From Neocallimastix sp. 'constans' (lineage: Eukaryota): DNA of 64,000 bases. The stretch is taken from contig JBODTK010000001.1 of assembly GCA_050613775.1 (NCBI GenBank), positions 248,001-312,000 on the forward strand. The letters run 5' to 3'. Of the stretch, positions 40,943 to 55,032 are shown one piece after another (positions within the stretch are counted from its first letter, which is position 1; the number at the start of each line of letters is the position of its first letter). Under the pieces are notes generated by a model that did not search any database, was not told the DNA's origin, and saw only the letters and a program-made list of their open reading frames with translations. A program made the position numbers and the translations under genes.

Positions 40943-41931
40943 CTATTATTTTTATTATTAAAGTTATTAATATTATTATTATTTTTATTATTATTTATTG
41001 CTATTATTATTATGTTGATGTTTTGATATATCAAAATGAAATTAAATAAATGAAATAATTGCAATGATAGCAATAATAAAAAAAAAAAAAAAAAAAAAAA
41101 AATAGAATTGTTTTAATAGAGGTATGAATTCATAAGAAAAATAGTAATATTGAATAAATCAATATATTGATAAAATTTACAAAAATAGTCATATAACAAT
41201 GAATTTTCATTAACAAATATTAATACAGCTTTTAATTTATATCATAAATCATTTACCATTAGAATGGAAGGTAAAGAAAATGTCAGAGATGCTACAGGAG
41301 GAGCTATTAATATCAGTGTTTCAAAAATTTAAAATCATAGGAGTGATGCATTTCGGATCGTGGCATTTTAGAATATGACTCTATATGAAATATAGAATAC
41401 TTTAATAAGCCGTTTTTATAAAAGTGGCTTAAATTATATTAAATAAATAGACACAAAATAATATTTAATAATATTTAATTTCAAAGATATATTTCATTTT
41501 TTGTTAAAATAATAATATAAAACTATTTAATAATATTTAATTTTTAAAGATATAAGAATAATATTTAATAATATTTGATTTTAAAGGTATAAATTGTTTT
41601 ATATTTTTTATTTATAACAATTTGTTCTTTTGTTTTTTGCTTTATTTTTCTCATTTTTTCCATTTTCTCCATTTTTTAATGGTTAAAAAATAAAAATATA
41701 TTTAATTTTTTATAATTTATAATTTATTATTTATTTATTTATTTTTTTATTATTTATTTTGTTCATTGTTTTTTTTTTTTTTATTGAATTAATTCATTTT
41801 TTTTTTTTTTTTTTTAAGGCTAACAATGAATAAAGTGCTTATGAGAAAATTTTTTTGATGTTTAAAATTTAAAAAAAAAAAAAAAAAAATTATATTTATT
41901 TCTAGTTTTATTTATTTATTTATTTATTTAT

Positions 41932-42750
41932 AACCTCCAATGAGTTAGACTTGTTTTTCTAGGTCCATTGAGGGTTGAAGGAAAAGGAATAGCCTATATC
42001 AGGTGTACTAATTACAGTTTTCTGTAATTCTGATGATAATCAATAGTTTTTCTTTCTTAAGTGGCTTCTAGTGCGAAGAGAGAAAATTTTGATTATATGA
42101 AGACTATAGAAAGTAAATCGATTGTTTAATATTATTTTAAACTAGATATGTAGTATCATTAAAGTTGCATAAATTACTAATATCATGTAGTTTTTACCTA
42201 TTATCATTGTAATGAACCTATAAGTATTTTTTTTTTTTTTTTTTAACTTTAGCATTATTTTGTATATGTATTTTTCTATGGTATCATCTAAACTCATATA
42301 GCTATTGTAAAAAAGGGAAATGTAGAAGAATGATTCACTCTGATTGTTTAAGATTTAATTTAAGGGATGAGAATCTTTTTTATAGTTTTTCACTACGACC
42401 ATTTTATTTACCTTTACATTTTAGTTTATATATAATTATTCAACAGAAAATTATTTCATTAAGTAGAGCTTTTTTTTTTTTTTTTTTTTTTTTTTTAATC
42501 AAAAATGAAAATCAAAAATTCAAATGGTATAGAAAAATTTTTATTAACAATTGTATTTATACAAAGATGGTATAAGCATAAACTAAACAAAAACGTCAAC
42601 GCTGAAAAAGGCAGTAAAGACAAGGCTAGCAGGGCCAATGCCTCTTCAGGAGAAGATCATAATTTCATTCTGATAGTCAATTCAATCCTTAATTCAGAAT
42701 AATAATTTCTTTTTTAAAAATTAAAATCTTATAATCTAGTGGGGAGGTTC
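41932..42750 (+). mobile_element. Dispersed repeat family B, copy 2
   Basis: Inverted homolog of 24625-25345; ends aacctcc...ggaggtt form a short TIR. Confidence 0.65.
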
Positions 42751-42829
42751 GTTGCCTTTGAACTTTTCTCCCCCCTTTTTTTTTTTTTTTTATATATTAT
42801 TATTATTATAATTTACGTAGGTAATATAA

Positions 42830-43312
42830 ATGAGATACTGTCCTAACTGTGGGCCTGAGAGGGTGGCGTAAGTACTGTCATTTAATATATTTACGAGGGA
42901 ATTATTAGCATTTGGGTACATTTCATGTGTCCATATCAATATAATATTTTACTTATGATGTAAATAATAATTGTAATTGTAATCTTTTTGATGTTTATGA
43001 TTTTTTGCCAAGGGAGCTGAGCTGAGCTAGTATGTATCTTATTGGGTTAAGTTATATTGGCCTCGTTTCAAAGGGAAGTTAGGAACTGGAGAATAACTCC
43101 CAAAAAAAAAAAAATAAAAAACATTCCAGAAAAATTCTCAGAATTAATAGGCATGTCAGAGCGTCAATGCTGAAAACTCACTAAGGCTATCCAGAAGAGA
43201 CAATATCTACTTATATGAAAGTGTGTCGTTACCTCAGCATTCCTACTGCCCCTAACGGGAGGCCGAAATCAAGGACGGTACATACCAGAAATAAAAAAAA
43301 AAAAAAAAAAAA
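42830..43312 (+). mobile_element. Repeat family A, copy 3, with poly(A) tail
   Basis: Reverse-complement homolog of 2207-2720; ends ggtacataccagaaat(a)n. Confidence 0.7.
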
Positions 43313-44025
43313 TCCTTAAAGTTTTCAACTATGGTGATACCAATAATAGTTATAAAAAGTTGAACAATTATTTATACTATTATAATTCCAGTTTCTGCAG
43401 AAAACCGATATTCTATAACTAATTTAAATAGTAGTTCTCTTATTCATTCTATTGGTAAAAAGATTTCCTTTTTTGAATAATTACACCCTCTAAATGAATT
43501 GGCTATTTCAGTGATATTAGAAATTTCTCTTAAATGCCTATTGCAATAACTATAATATAAATTTAAGTAAATTCAGATTCAATTTTGTTATTTATGGAAA
43601 TAGAAGTTACAAGAGCCAATTTACAATTTATATCCAATAGTGATGAAACAAGTATTTTCACAGATAGATAATTACTCAGAAGCAATTTTTCATTCTGGTA
43701 TTGAAGAGAATTTACATAAAAAAAAAAAAAAAAAGATAGCGGAAATAGATAAGATATCAAATGTTTGAATAAAACATAAAGAATATCTAAGTTCAAAAGA
43801 ATATATTCATTCGTATTTATATTTAAATCTTGAATTTTTTAATTTTTCAATTAAAAAAAAAATAACACCATAACTCATTTAGTTTTATTATTATTATTGT
43901 TATTGATATTGTTATTTTTTAAAAAAATTTTTTTTTTTTAAAAAAAAAAAATTACCTTTTATTTAAATAAATATTTTCTAAATTTTTGATAATTCAATTT
44001 TCTACTATATTTACATAAATTAATA

Positions 44026-44059
<34 letters not shown>

Positions 44060-44904
44060 GATTATGATTTTTTCTGTAATAATTATTTTCTAATTCAACA
44101 TCAACATTTGTTAGCATATATTTAATAAAATATAAATTATATATTCTTCAATCAAATATTTTTTTTTTTTTTAAATAAAAAAAAAATAATTATTAGTTTT
44201 TTTCTAGTTATTTCTAACATATGTATTAATTATAATTTTTTTTATACATTATGATTAATTATTACAATTATGATGATGATTGTTATTTTTTCTTTTATAT
44301 TAATATTTGTATTATTAACATGAGTATTATTAATATTATTACTAATACTATTATTACTACTATAATTATTACTATTATTATTATAAATATTAATATTTGT
44401 ATTATTATTACTGATTGTATTATGATTATTAATAATGGTGATAGTAATATAAATAACATAAATAACTATCCCATTTAATTTTTTTTTATTATTTATTTAA
44501 TTTTTCAAAGGTTAAAGGAATAATTTATATTTATAACACTATAATATTAGAAAACAAATAAACTGTTCTATAATAAAGATATTTTATTATTAGAATTAAT
44601 ATTTATTATTCACAACTTTTAACTCAATAATAAATAAAAAAAAATAAAAATTAAAAAATAAAAATAAAAATAAAAATAAAAATAAAAATAATAATTTAAA
44701 GTATTAAATCAATTTCAAATTAATTTACAATATTTTTAATCTTAAAATGTACTATTAATATTGTATGTATGAATAATTTATACCTCTTTAAATAGGAAAA
44801 TAAAAATTTGAATAAAATAAAAAAATAAAAAATAAAAGATAAAATGGGAATTAAAATAAAACTATTATAAATCTCTTTTGTATATTGATATCAATATAAA
44901 ATAT

Positions 44905-44936
<32 letters not shown>

Positions 44937-45096
44937 TAAATATTTTTTTAATATAATATTAAGAAATTATTACTTTTTTCTTCTTTTCTTTCAAAATTAA
45001 TAAAAATAAAACAAAAAAAAAATTTCAAATCATTATGTGTATATCTATAATAATAGATTTTAAAAATTTCCTTTAGAAATATTAAAATAATAAATT

Positions 45097-45140
<44 letters not shown>

Positions 45141-45237
45141 ATTTAAATATAAAATTAAAAAATAAAAAATATTCTACATTCTACTTTTAAATTTAATTTT
45201 TTTTCCTTTTCCTTTGCATTCGTTTTTTTCAATATAA

Positions 45238-46101
45238 TTAAAATCCACTACCCCAAATCTTTGAACATCGATCATTGATAGCTAAACATTCCTTAAGTAA
45301 GGCATCGGAATAGGGCTTCTTCCAACATTCATTTAATTCGGCATAGCAGGCATCGGATTTCTTTTGCTTACAATCCCAATCCTCAGCAGCGCATTCTCCC
45401 GTTGGAACTTCAGTTTGAGTTGGAGTTTGAGTTGGACTTGATTTAGAAATGGTGGTGGTAGTAGTGGTAGTAGTTTTCTTGGTGGTTGGAAGTGTGGTTG
45501 GAAGTGCCTTAGAAAATCTAGAAGTATTAGTTGGAAGACTCTTTGATGATTTAGAAGTAGTATTAGTTGGAAGACTCTTTGTTGATTTAGAAGTAGTATT
45601 AGTTGGAAGACTCTTTGTTGATTTAGAAGTAGTATTAGTTGGAAGACTCTCTGATGATTTAGAAGTAGTATTAGTTGGAAGACTCTTTGATGATTTAGAA
45701 GTAGTATTAGTTGGAAGACTCTTTGATGATTTAGAAGTAGTATTAGTTGGAAGGGCCTTAGATGATCTGGAAGTGCTAGCTGGAAGAGTTTTAGAAGTCT
45801 TAGAAGCAATAGTTGGAAGGGCCTTAGATGATCTGGAAGTGCTAGCTGGAAGAGTTTTAGAAGATCTAGAAGTAAGAGTTGGAAGAGCCTTGGATGATCT
45901 AGAAGTAAGAGTTGGAAGGGCTTTAGATGATTTGGAAGTTAAAATTGGAAGTGTTTTAGAAGACCTAGAAATGGAGGCTGGAAGAGTCTTGGAAGTTGAA
46001 ACAATTTCTGAATTTGGAAGTGTTTTAGAATCAACTCCAATAATTTCACTTTGGAATGTTAAAGCAACGATGCAGTTTAAAAAGATTTTACTGAATTTCA
46101 T
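45238..46101 (-). CDS. Secreted S/T/K/P-rich repeat protein with C-terminal 6-Cys domain, paralog 1 (287 aa)
   Basis: Intact ORF; signal peptide; 12-aa SKxLPTNTTSKS-type repeats; C-terminal C-x6-C-x7-C-x6-C-x12-C-x6-C. Confidence 0.9.
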   Translation of the reverse strand: MKFSKIFLNCIVALTFQSEIIGVDSKTLPNSEIVSTSKTLPASISRSSKTLPILTSKSSKALPTLTSRSSKALPTLTSRSSKTLPASTSRSSKALPTIASKTSKTLPASTSRSSKALPTNTTSKSSKSLPTNTTSKSSKSLPTNTTSKSSESLPTNTTSKSTKSLPTNTTSKSTKSLPTNTTSKSSKSLPTNTSRFSKALPTTLPTTKKTTTTTTTTISKSSPTQTPTQTEVPTGECAAEDWDCKQKKSDACYAELNECWKKPYSDALLKECLAINDRCSKIWGSGF

Positions 46102-46792
46102 TTTTAATTATATTTTATATATTGTATAATAAATCACTAGATAGATTAATTTAATTTTCTTTGGATATTTTTTTATAAAATAAATTGTTAATTAATAATA
46201 AAGAAAATAAAAAAAAATAAATGGGAAATTTAATGCCTTTTTATATTTTTATTTTTATTTTATTTTTTTTTTTTTTTTTTTTGAAATTTAGAAAAAAAAA
46301 AAAAATTATTTAATATATTTTTTAATAATTTTTTTTTTTTAAATAAAGTAATAAATATATAAAATATTTAATTTTAAATTTATTTTAACTTTATTGAAAT
46401 AATTTAAAAAAGTATACATCAGTAATAATGTTTAATAACAATGATTTAAAATAACAATAATAATAATAATTATAAAAAAAAAAAAAAAAAAATTATTCCA
46501 TTCTTTATCTCTCAAATTTATCTTTACAACGCCATAATTTAAAAATTTTTTATTTTTTAATAATAAATTAAATTTATTATTTTCTTTCCTATTAATATAA
46601 ATTCATTCTTTAAAGTATAATTATGAATTATATAGATAAAGATTATATATATATATATATTTATATAGTGTATGGATAAATGATAAAGATTTTTCCCTTT
46701 ACGGCATAATTTAAAATCATTTTAATTGTTAAGGCCGCATGAATAATAGTAACAATGAGATAACTAAAAATATATTTAAAAATATTTTAAAT

Positions 46793-46827
<35 letters not shown>

Positions 46828-47462
46828 AAAAAAAAAAAAAACATTATTTTATAAACTTTAATTTTAATTTTATTTTTTTTTATTGCTTTTATTTTATTTT
46901 TTTTCTTTAAAAAAAAATATAATAATATAAAAGATATAAATATGAAATAACTTTTTTTTTTTTGTAATATTAATATTAATATGATTATTGTTATAACAGA
47001 AATTTTAAATGTTAAATATATAAATAAAAAATAACATAATAAAATATAAAAAATAAATTTATAAAAATTATAAAAATTATAAAATAAAATAAAATAAAAT
47101 AAAATAAAATTTCTTATATCCATAATCCTAAACTCTATTTCTCTTTCTCTGCATATCTGGGCAGAAAATAATTATAATATATATATATATTATATTTTTT
47201 ATTTTTTTTTTTTTTTTTTATTTCAATCTTTCATTTTATCAATTAAATTATAATTTTAAATAATGTTAAATTTTAAAGGTTAACATTATTAAAATAATTG
47301 GGATATATTTTCTTAAATAAAAAAAAAAAGTTATAAAAGATATTAAAGTTTAATATTAATAAAATGGAAGTGATATTATAATTTCTTATCCTTTTTTTTT
47401 TTTTTTTTTTATTAAATTAAAATAATAAAATAATAATAAAAATAATAATAATGATAATAATG

Positions 47463-47495
<33 letters not shown>

Positions 47496-48308
47496 TAAAA
47501 AAAAGTTAAAATCATATTTAAATTAAATTAATAAAAAGTTACAGATACATAAACTTTAAATTATTTTTTTATTATTTTTTTTTAATTTATAAACATTTAA
47601 ATTATTATTATTTAATTTAATTCTATATATATATATAAATATATATATTTTTTTTCTATTAAACTTTTCAAGTTTTCTTATTTTATAAATAATTTTTTTT
47701 TATAATGAATTTATCATCTTGATCAATTTCAAATACTTTAATAATATATTATTTTTTTAATTTCTTAATTTTTTCTTTTTTTATTTAAAAAATAACTACG
47801 AATATTAATCTTAATTTTTTTTGTATGTTTTAATATTTATTTCTTTATATATATATATATTTTTTTTTTTTTCTAATTCTATATATATTTCCAATATTTT
47901 TTTGTATGTATATATAAATTTTATATAAATATTTAATTTATTTTTATTTTTGAAAGTAGATAAATCCTATTTTTAATAATTTTTTTCTCTTTCCTTTTTG
48001 TTAAAAAAAAAAAAAAAAAAAATAAAAATTTTTTTAATATATTTAATTCCAAATTTAACGTCCTCTCAGAAAGTCTTTTTTTTTTTTTTTTTTTTTTTTA
48101 CAAAAAAGATGAACAAATAAATAGAATAATAATAATAATAAAAAAAAATTGATCTTGAATATCAAAATTTATCTTTAAAAATAAATTAAATTTGTTTATT
48201 TTAATAAATAATAAATAATAAAAATTTTAATATTTAATTAATAGAATGAATGATACATCATTCTAAAAAATAGATAATAATTAGAGTTTAATAGAGCGGA
48301 TAATAATA

Positions 48309-48344
<36 letters not shown>

Positions 48345-48646
48345 GAATAAAATAAAATAAAATTAATAGATAAAAACGGTTTATTTTTTTATTTATTTTT
48401 TTTTTTTTTTATTTATTACTATTATTGTTTTTTATTAGTTAAAAAAGTTAAAAAAAAAAAAAAAAAAATATTTTCTTTATGGAAGATACGAAAATTTAAA
48501 TATAGCAACTGATAATCTAAGTTGATAAATTAAAGTATTTTAAAAAGAAAAAAAAAATAATAATAATAATAAAATTTAATCTGTAAATTAAAATGAGAAT
48601 ATTTTCTTCTTCATGAAATATGAAAAAAAAAAAAAATTCAATAATA

Positions 48647-48689
<43 letters not shown>

Positions 48690-49711
48690 TCATTAACAAC
48701 AATAATAATTGATATTTATTTATTATTAAATTTTTACTTTTTATACATATCATTTTTTAATTAAATATTTTTTTTTTAGTATTATAATTAATTTATAATA
48801 AGTAAATAATTATTAATAAATATTTATTAAATATGTATGTACATATATATATTTAAAATCATTATTTTTATTTTATTATTTCATTAGATTTAGAAAACCT
48901 ATTTAGTTACCGCATATCATTATATTACTGTTTTTTAAAGTATTTTCTCAAATAGTACTATTAATGATAATTTTAATATTAAAAAAAATTAAAATAAAAT
49001 AAAATAAATAACGTAAATATATTTTACAAATCAAATAATATAACATATATATATATATTATTTATAATGAATAAAAAATAAAATATCAAATAAATATATA
49101 TATTTATTAATAATAAATAAAATACATGAATAAAAAAAATTTTTTTTTATTAAATTTATAGTTTATTGTTAAATTTATTCATATAAAAAAAAGTACATTA
49201 TTACAAATTGAATTTTATAAGATATTAACATTAACTTTATTCTTCAATAATGAAAAAAAAAAACATATATATAAATATATGTATATATATTTATATTTAT
49301 TAATTTTTTTTTTTAAATCAAATTAGATAAACATAATAAAAAATATTAAAAAAAAAAAAAACATTTTATTGTATAATAAATTAGAAAATGATACATAATA
49401 AAAATAATAATAAACTTTTTTATGATTATTTAACATAAAAAATTATTAGTTTTTAAAAAATCATCAAATATATGAAAAAAAAAGAATTATTATGAAGAAA
49501 TATTAAAATAAAAGTATTATATCTCTAATAGAATTTAAAATTTTCTTTAAATATAAAATAAAAAAATTTATTTAAATAAAAATTTAAAAATGAAATTAAA
49601 AAAAAAAATAAAAAAATAAAATAAAATAAAAAAAATTAAAAAAAATAAAAAAAAAAAACTAATTAAAAATTAATTTATTTTTCGTTTTTGTTCATTTAAT
49701 TATGCTCAAAT

Positions 49712-50527
49712 TTAATTACTCCAAATCTTTGAACATCGGTCATTAATAGCTAAACATTCCTTAAGTAAGGCATCGGAATAGGGCTTCTTCCAACATTCAT
49801 TTAATTCGGCATAGCAGGCATCGGATTTTTTTTGCTTACAATCCCAATCCTTAGCAGCGCATTCTTCCGTTGGAACTTCAATTTGAGTTTGAGTTTGAGT
49901 TGGACTTGATTTAGAAGTGGTGGTGGTAGTAGTGGTAGTAGTTTTCTTGGTGGTTGGAAGATTCTTTGATGATTTAGAAGTAGTATTAGTTGGAAGACTC
50001 TTTGATGATTTAGAAGTAGTATTAGTTGGAAGACTCTTTGATGATTTAGAAGTAGTATTAGTTGGAAGACTCTTTGATGATTTAGAAGTAGTATTAGTTG
50101 GAAGACTCTTTGTTGATTTAGAAGTAGTATTAGTTGGAAGACTCTTTGATGATTTAGAAGTAGTATTAGCTGGAAGACTCTTTGATGATTTAGAAGTAGT
50201 ATTAGTTGGAAGGGCCTTAGATGATCTGGAAGTGTTAGCTGGAAGAGTCTTAGAAGTCTTAGAAACAATAGTTGGAAGAGCCTTGGATGATCTAGAAGTA
50301 AGAGTTGGAAGAGCCTTGGATGATCTAGAAGTAAGAGTTGGAAGGGCTTTAGATGATTTGGAAGTTAAAATTGGAAGTGTTTTAGAAGACCTAGAAATGG
50401 AGGCTGGAAGAGTCTTGGAAGTTGAAACAATTTCTGAATTTGGAAGTGTTTTAGAAGCCACTCCAATAATTTCACTTTGGAATGTTAAAGCAACGATGCA
50501 GTTTAAAAAGATTTTACTGAATTTCAT
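49712..50527 (-). CDS. Secreted repeat protein, paralog 2 (271 aa), recent duplicate of paralog 1
   Basis: Near-identical N-terminus, 5' flank and Cys domain to paralog 1; different repeat composition. Confidence 0.9.
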   Translation of the reverse strand: MKFSKIFLNCIVALTFQSEIIGVASKTLPNSEIVSTSKTLPASISRSSKTLPILTSKSSKALPTLTSRSSKALPTLTSRSSKALPTIVSKTSKTLPANTSRSSKALPTNTTSKSSKSLPANTTSKSSKSLPTNTTSKSTKSLPTNTTSKSSKSLPTNTTSKSSKSLPTNTTSKSSKSLPTNTTSKSSKNLPTTKKTTTTTTTTTSKSSPTQTQTQIEVPTEECAAKDWDCKQKKSDACYAELNECWKKPYSDALLKECLAINDRCSKIWSN

Positions 50528-50966
50528 TTTTAATTATATTTTATATATATTGTATAATAAATCACTAGATAGATTAATTTAATTTTCTTTGGATGGATAT
50601 TTTTTTTTATAAAATAAATTGTTAATTGATAATAAAGAAAATAAAAAAAATAAATGGGAAATTTAATGCCTTTTTATATTTTTATTTTTTTTTTTTTTTG
50701 AAATTTAAAAAAAAAAATTATAATAATTTATACTCATAAAATAAAATAATAAACGTATTTACTTAGACATCTAAAATTTAATCTAATAATTATAATTAAA
50801 AAGGAATAAAATTAAAATTTAAATTATAAATAAAGTAATTAATTATATAATATAAAATAAAATAATATAATAAAAATATGAAATAAAACAAAAATAAAAA
50901 AAAGTTATTTTATATATCCTTAGCACTATCTCACTTTTTTTGTGCAACTAATAATTATTTACAAAC

Positions 50967-51010
<44 letters not shown>

Positions 51011-52789
51011 TTCAATCTATCTCTCTGATCAATTAAATTATAACTTTAATATAAAATAATAAAAACAAAAAATTTTATTAAAAAGTTTAATATTAATAAA
51101 AAAAAAAAAAAATATGGTTATATTTTTTTTAAAATTAAAAAAATTAAAAAAAAAAAACAAAAAATTTAAATTAAAATCAAACTTAAAATGAAATTTTTTT
51201 TAAAAAAAAAAAAAAAAGATATGTGTTTTTAAAAATTCAAAATTATTTTTTTTTTTCTCTCTCTTTGTAATTATTTAATTATTATATTTAAATATTATTA
51301 TTTAATAATTACTTTTTTGAGTTATTTTATTTTGAGATTTATTTAATTTTTATCATTTCCTCCCATTGAATTATCATTTCAATCAATTTTAAATACTTTT
51401 AATAATATATTATTTTTAATTTTTTTTTTAAAAAAAAAAGAAAAAAAAAAGAAAAAAAAAAACTAAAATATATTAATATTAATATTTATATATCTCCAAT
51501 TATTTATATATATTTCTTTTATTATATATATCCATCATTTCCTTTTATATATGATATTAAATCAGTATGGAAGGATACATAATTTAAAAGTTATAATAGT
51601 TTAAAAAGCGGTTTAAAATATATATATATATAAAAAAAAAACTTTAAAGAGATGTAATAAAAGCGGTTCATTTTTTTTTTTTTTTTATAATAAAAATATA
51701 CATTTTTTTTTCTATGGAAGAAGCCATAAAAAATAATAATAACAATAGCAAATAACAATACTAATAATAATAATAATAATAATAATAAATCAGATATAAT
51801 TAGAAATTAATAATAATTAAAGTATTTTAAAATATATATATATATATATATACATATATACGATAATATTTAATCAACCGAAAGATTCATAATTTAAAAA
51901 ATAGATAACAATGATTATAATTTAAAAAAGCGGCTAAAATAAAAGTGATAACAATAATTATGATAATAATAAAACTTTATGTATTGTATAAGCCGTTTCT
52001 TTTTTTTTTTTTTTTTTTTTTATTTTTTATTTTTTATTTTTTACTTATTTTTTTTTATTAAATTAAAAAGCAAATATTTTCTTTATGGTAAATGTAAATA
52101 AATCAAATAATAACAATAATAATAGTATAATAAATGATTTCTAATAATTCTTAATTTATTATTATTATTTATAAATTTTTAATTAAATATTTATTATTAT
52201 TACAATTTATAAGTAAATAATTATTATATATATATAATTAATGATTTTTTAAATACTATCATATTATATTTTATTATTACAATCCATATAGAAAACACTT
52301 TTCTATAGTTCCTGCATATCTTTAAAGATACTTTATTAAATTCATATATTCATATAAATATATATATATATATATTCATTCTTAAAAATAATAATATTTA
52401 TAATAAAAATAATAATATTTATAATAAAAATAATTTTATGGAATTAAAAAAGATTATTATTCTTATATACCTATAAGGATGATTGATAAAAATAAAAATA
52501 AATCTATATAAAAAAAAAGTATAATGAAAAAAAAAAGTTTATTTAATTTCATGATTTAAAAATATATTCTAAGAATTCTTAGAAATCAGAAATGTGCTTC
52601 TAATAAAATTTTTACTAATAAAATAATTATAATTAAAATTTTTAAATATTTTAAAGTTTTCTATCCAATAGAAACTTCGAAATATAGAAACTATATTCAA
52701 AAATAAAAAAAAAAATTTTTTTTTTTTTAATTATTTTAATTATAAGGCATAGAAATATAATAATTTTTTATTTAAGGATTCATTTTTTG

Positions 52790-53336
52790 ATGATTAATTC
52801 GAAAACAGTTTCTATAATTATCCTTTGATTTCTTTTCCTTCTATCTATCCTTATTACCATATAGATCCATTCAATGATTTACATAATCAAATTATTAAGA
52901 CTTTTATCAATGATTTCTTTAAATCTGTTGATTTCAGTCTAAAGATTAACTTAATCGAAGATGAAAATAATTATTATATTCATGCTGATTTATCAAGTAT
53001 GAATAAGGATCAAGTTAAAATAGAACTTTCTGGCGATAATCATGTTTTAACTTTTTCTTGTGAAAAAGAATCTAACATAGATAACTCTAATAATGACAAT
53101 AATAATGACAATAATAATGACAATAATGATAACAATGATAATGATAATATTAAGGATGCTAACAAAAATAAAAAAAAAAAAAATTAATAAATAAGATACT
53201 AAAAAATATTCAAGAATAGAATATAGTTATGGTAAATTCTTAAGATCATTTACTTTTCCTGAATATTATGATACTAATAAAAATTCAAGTTAAATTAGAA
53301 AATGGAGTTTTAGAAATACATTTTCCAAAACTTTAA
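52790..53336 (+). pseudogene. Small heat shock protein (Hsp20/alpha-crystallin) pseudogene
   Basis: INLIEDENNYYIHADLSSMNKDQVKIEL...VLTFSCEK, then after frameshifts RIEYSYGKFLRSFTFPE...IQVKLENGVLEIHFPK; start degraded. Confidence 0.8.
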
Positions 53337-53340
53337 CCTT

Positions 53341-53383
<43 letters not shown>

Positions 53384-53389
53384 AATGGT

Positions 53390-53900
53390 GACGTATTCAC
53401 CTAATAATTCTAGAACTCAAGAAAGACTATCACTCAGTTCCCTTTTAAAATATCATTACTCAGCTTTTATAACATGGGTACTCGTGGTAATACATACACA
53501 ATCTTTACCAATCTTTACTTTACTTCGAAAGTTCAGTCAAGCATTTATGGTAACCAATCCAAAGACTTCGTAATATACCATGGTGTACATCAAGGTTATC
53601 CTCACCTAGATATTTTCATAAATGATATCCTATAAGAATGAAATCAATGTGATGTCTGTGTCAATGTATTGAAATGTTGTACTAGTCTCTTCGCTGATAA
53701 CATCATTTTAGTTGTACTATCCAAGATAATAATGGATCATCTGCTAGAAAGATAACATGCTTAAACCTTAAAGGATAAAATGAATTTTGATATTAATAAG
53801 CGTATTACATTAATTGTAAAACCTATACGTATCGGTCAATTTCAAAGGATCCTGATATTGATTCAACTTTCCTATTAAACACTGTACTTATACCATGAAC
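53390..53900 (+). pseudogene. Non-LTR (LINE) reverse transcriptase fragment
   Basis: MGTRGNTY...NLYFTSK...HGVHQGYP...IFINDIL...CCTSLFADNIILV...INK; degenerate GVxQGxP and FADD motifs. Confidence 0.75.
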
Positions 53901-54007
53901 CACTAACTATTCTTAACTAGATTCTCTTGGAAAGAACCAATTAAGTTATAAATTGTATGTTAGGTTATCGTTAATAGTTCAATTCTAACTTTCATGAAGT
54001 TAGATTT

Positions 54008-54156
54008 GAGGGGGAGTGTTAGAATACAATATATGATAAAATAGAATAGGAATAAAATAAGAAGTTAAGTTTGTATATTGTGTAACACATGTGATAATAA
54101 GCCACATCTTTATAACTATAAATATTGTATTTATTTGAAATTATTCTTGTTCATAT

Positions 54157-54200
<44 letters not shown>

Positions 54201-54481
54201 TATAATTATAATAATAATAATAATAATAGTAATAATGTTTATATTATAAAAAACTTTTTAATAAAATATAAAGGAATAAAAAAAAAAAGATTCTTAGAAT
54301 TATTTTTGCTGAAAATTATTTAGATATAAGAAGAAGAAGAAATAAAATAAAAACGCCATAAATTTAATAAACTATTCCTCAAACCAAATGAGTTAAAATT
54401 TATGAAAATCCATTTCCTTTAGTAAGTCGGATGGATTATAACTAATATTATTAGAGTTTCATTGAATCAATACTACTAATA
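54008..54481 (+). mobile_element. Truncated LTR retrotransposon 3' end (PPT plus LTR)
   Basis: gagggggag (54008-54016) immediately followed by TGTTAG; the right boundary (ctaata at ~54481) is tentative. Confidence 0.5.
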
Positions 54482-54889
54482 ATAAGTCTTTTTTTTTTTT
54501 TTTTTTTGTTATTATATTTTGTATCTACTATTAAATAGGATAATTTTATTTATTGAAATAAAATTATACTAATAAAAAAGTTAATTTTTAAAATTGTAAG
54601 AAAATTTTTACTTTTAAAATTAAAAAAAATAAAAAAAAAATTTCTTTATTAAATGATAAGTTTATAAAATGTATTATCTAATATATTTTTCAATACATAT
54701 AATATGGTATTAAAAACCTTTTTTCTGTTTTAAAATGAATAAAAAAAAAAGCTTTATTTTATTTATTTATGTTATTTTTTTATAAATCCAATTAAAGAAT
54801 TTAAATGTTAAATATTATTGGTATTACATAAATTAAAGTTATTAATCTTCAGATAATAATAATATGAAGAATACAACTAGGTAGTAAAA

Positions 54890-54922
<33 letters not shown>

Positions 54923-55032
54923 AGTAAAAATTTAAAAAAAAAATAATAATAATAAATAAATAAATAAACATATTTATTTATTTTATTTTTTTTTATATTT
55001 TTTTTTATTTTTTTTTGTTCATTTAATTATAC

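Noticed and set aside
43160..43245. Possible hammerhead ribozyme (cagaaga...gaaa) in family A copy 3
   Set aside because: Core deviates from CUGANGA, stem II is poor, and GAAA is not conserved in the other two copies.
43313..43830. Coding-like decayed stretch (YPIVMKQVFSQIDNYSEAIFHSGIEENL on +)
   Set aside because: No recognisable motif or open frame; cannot be assigned.
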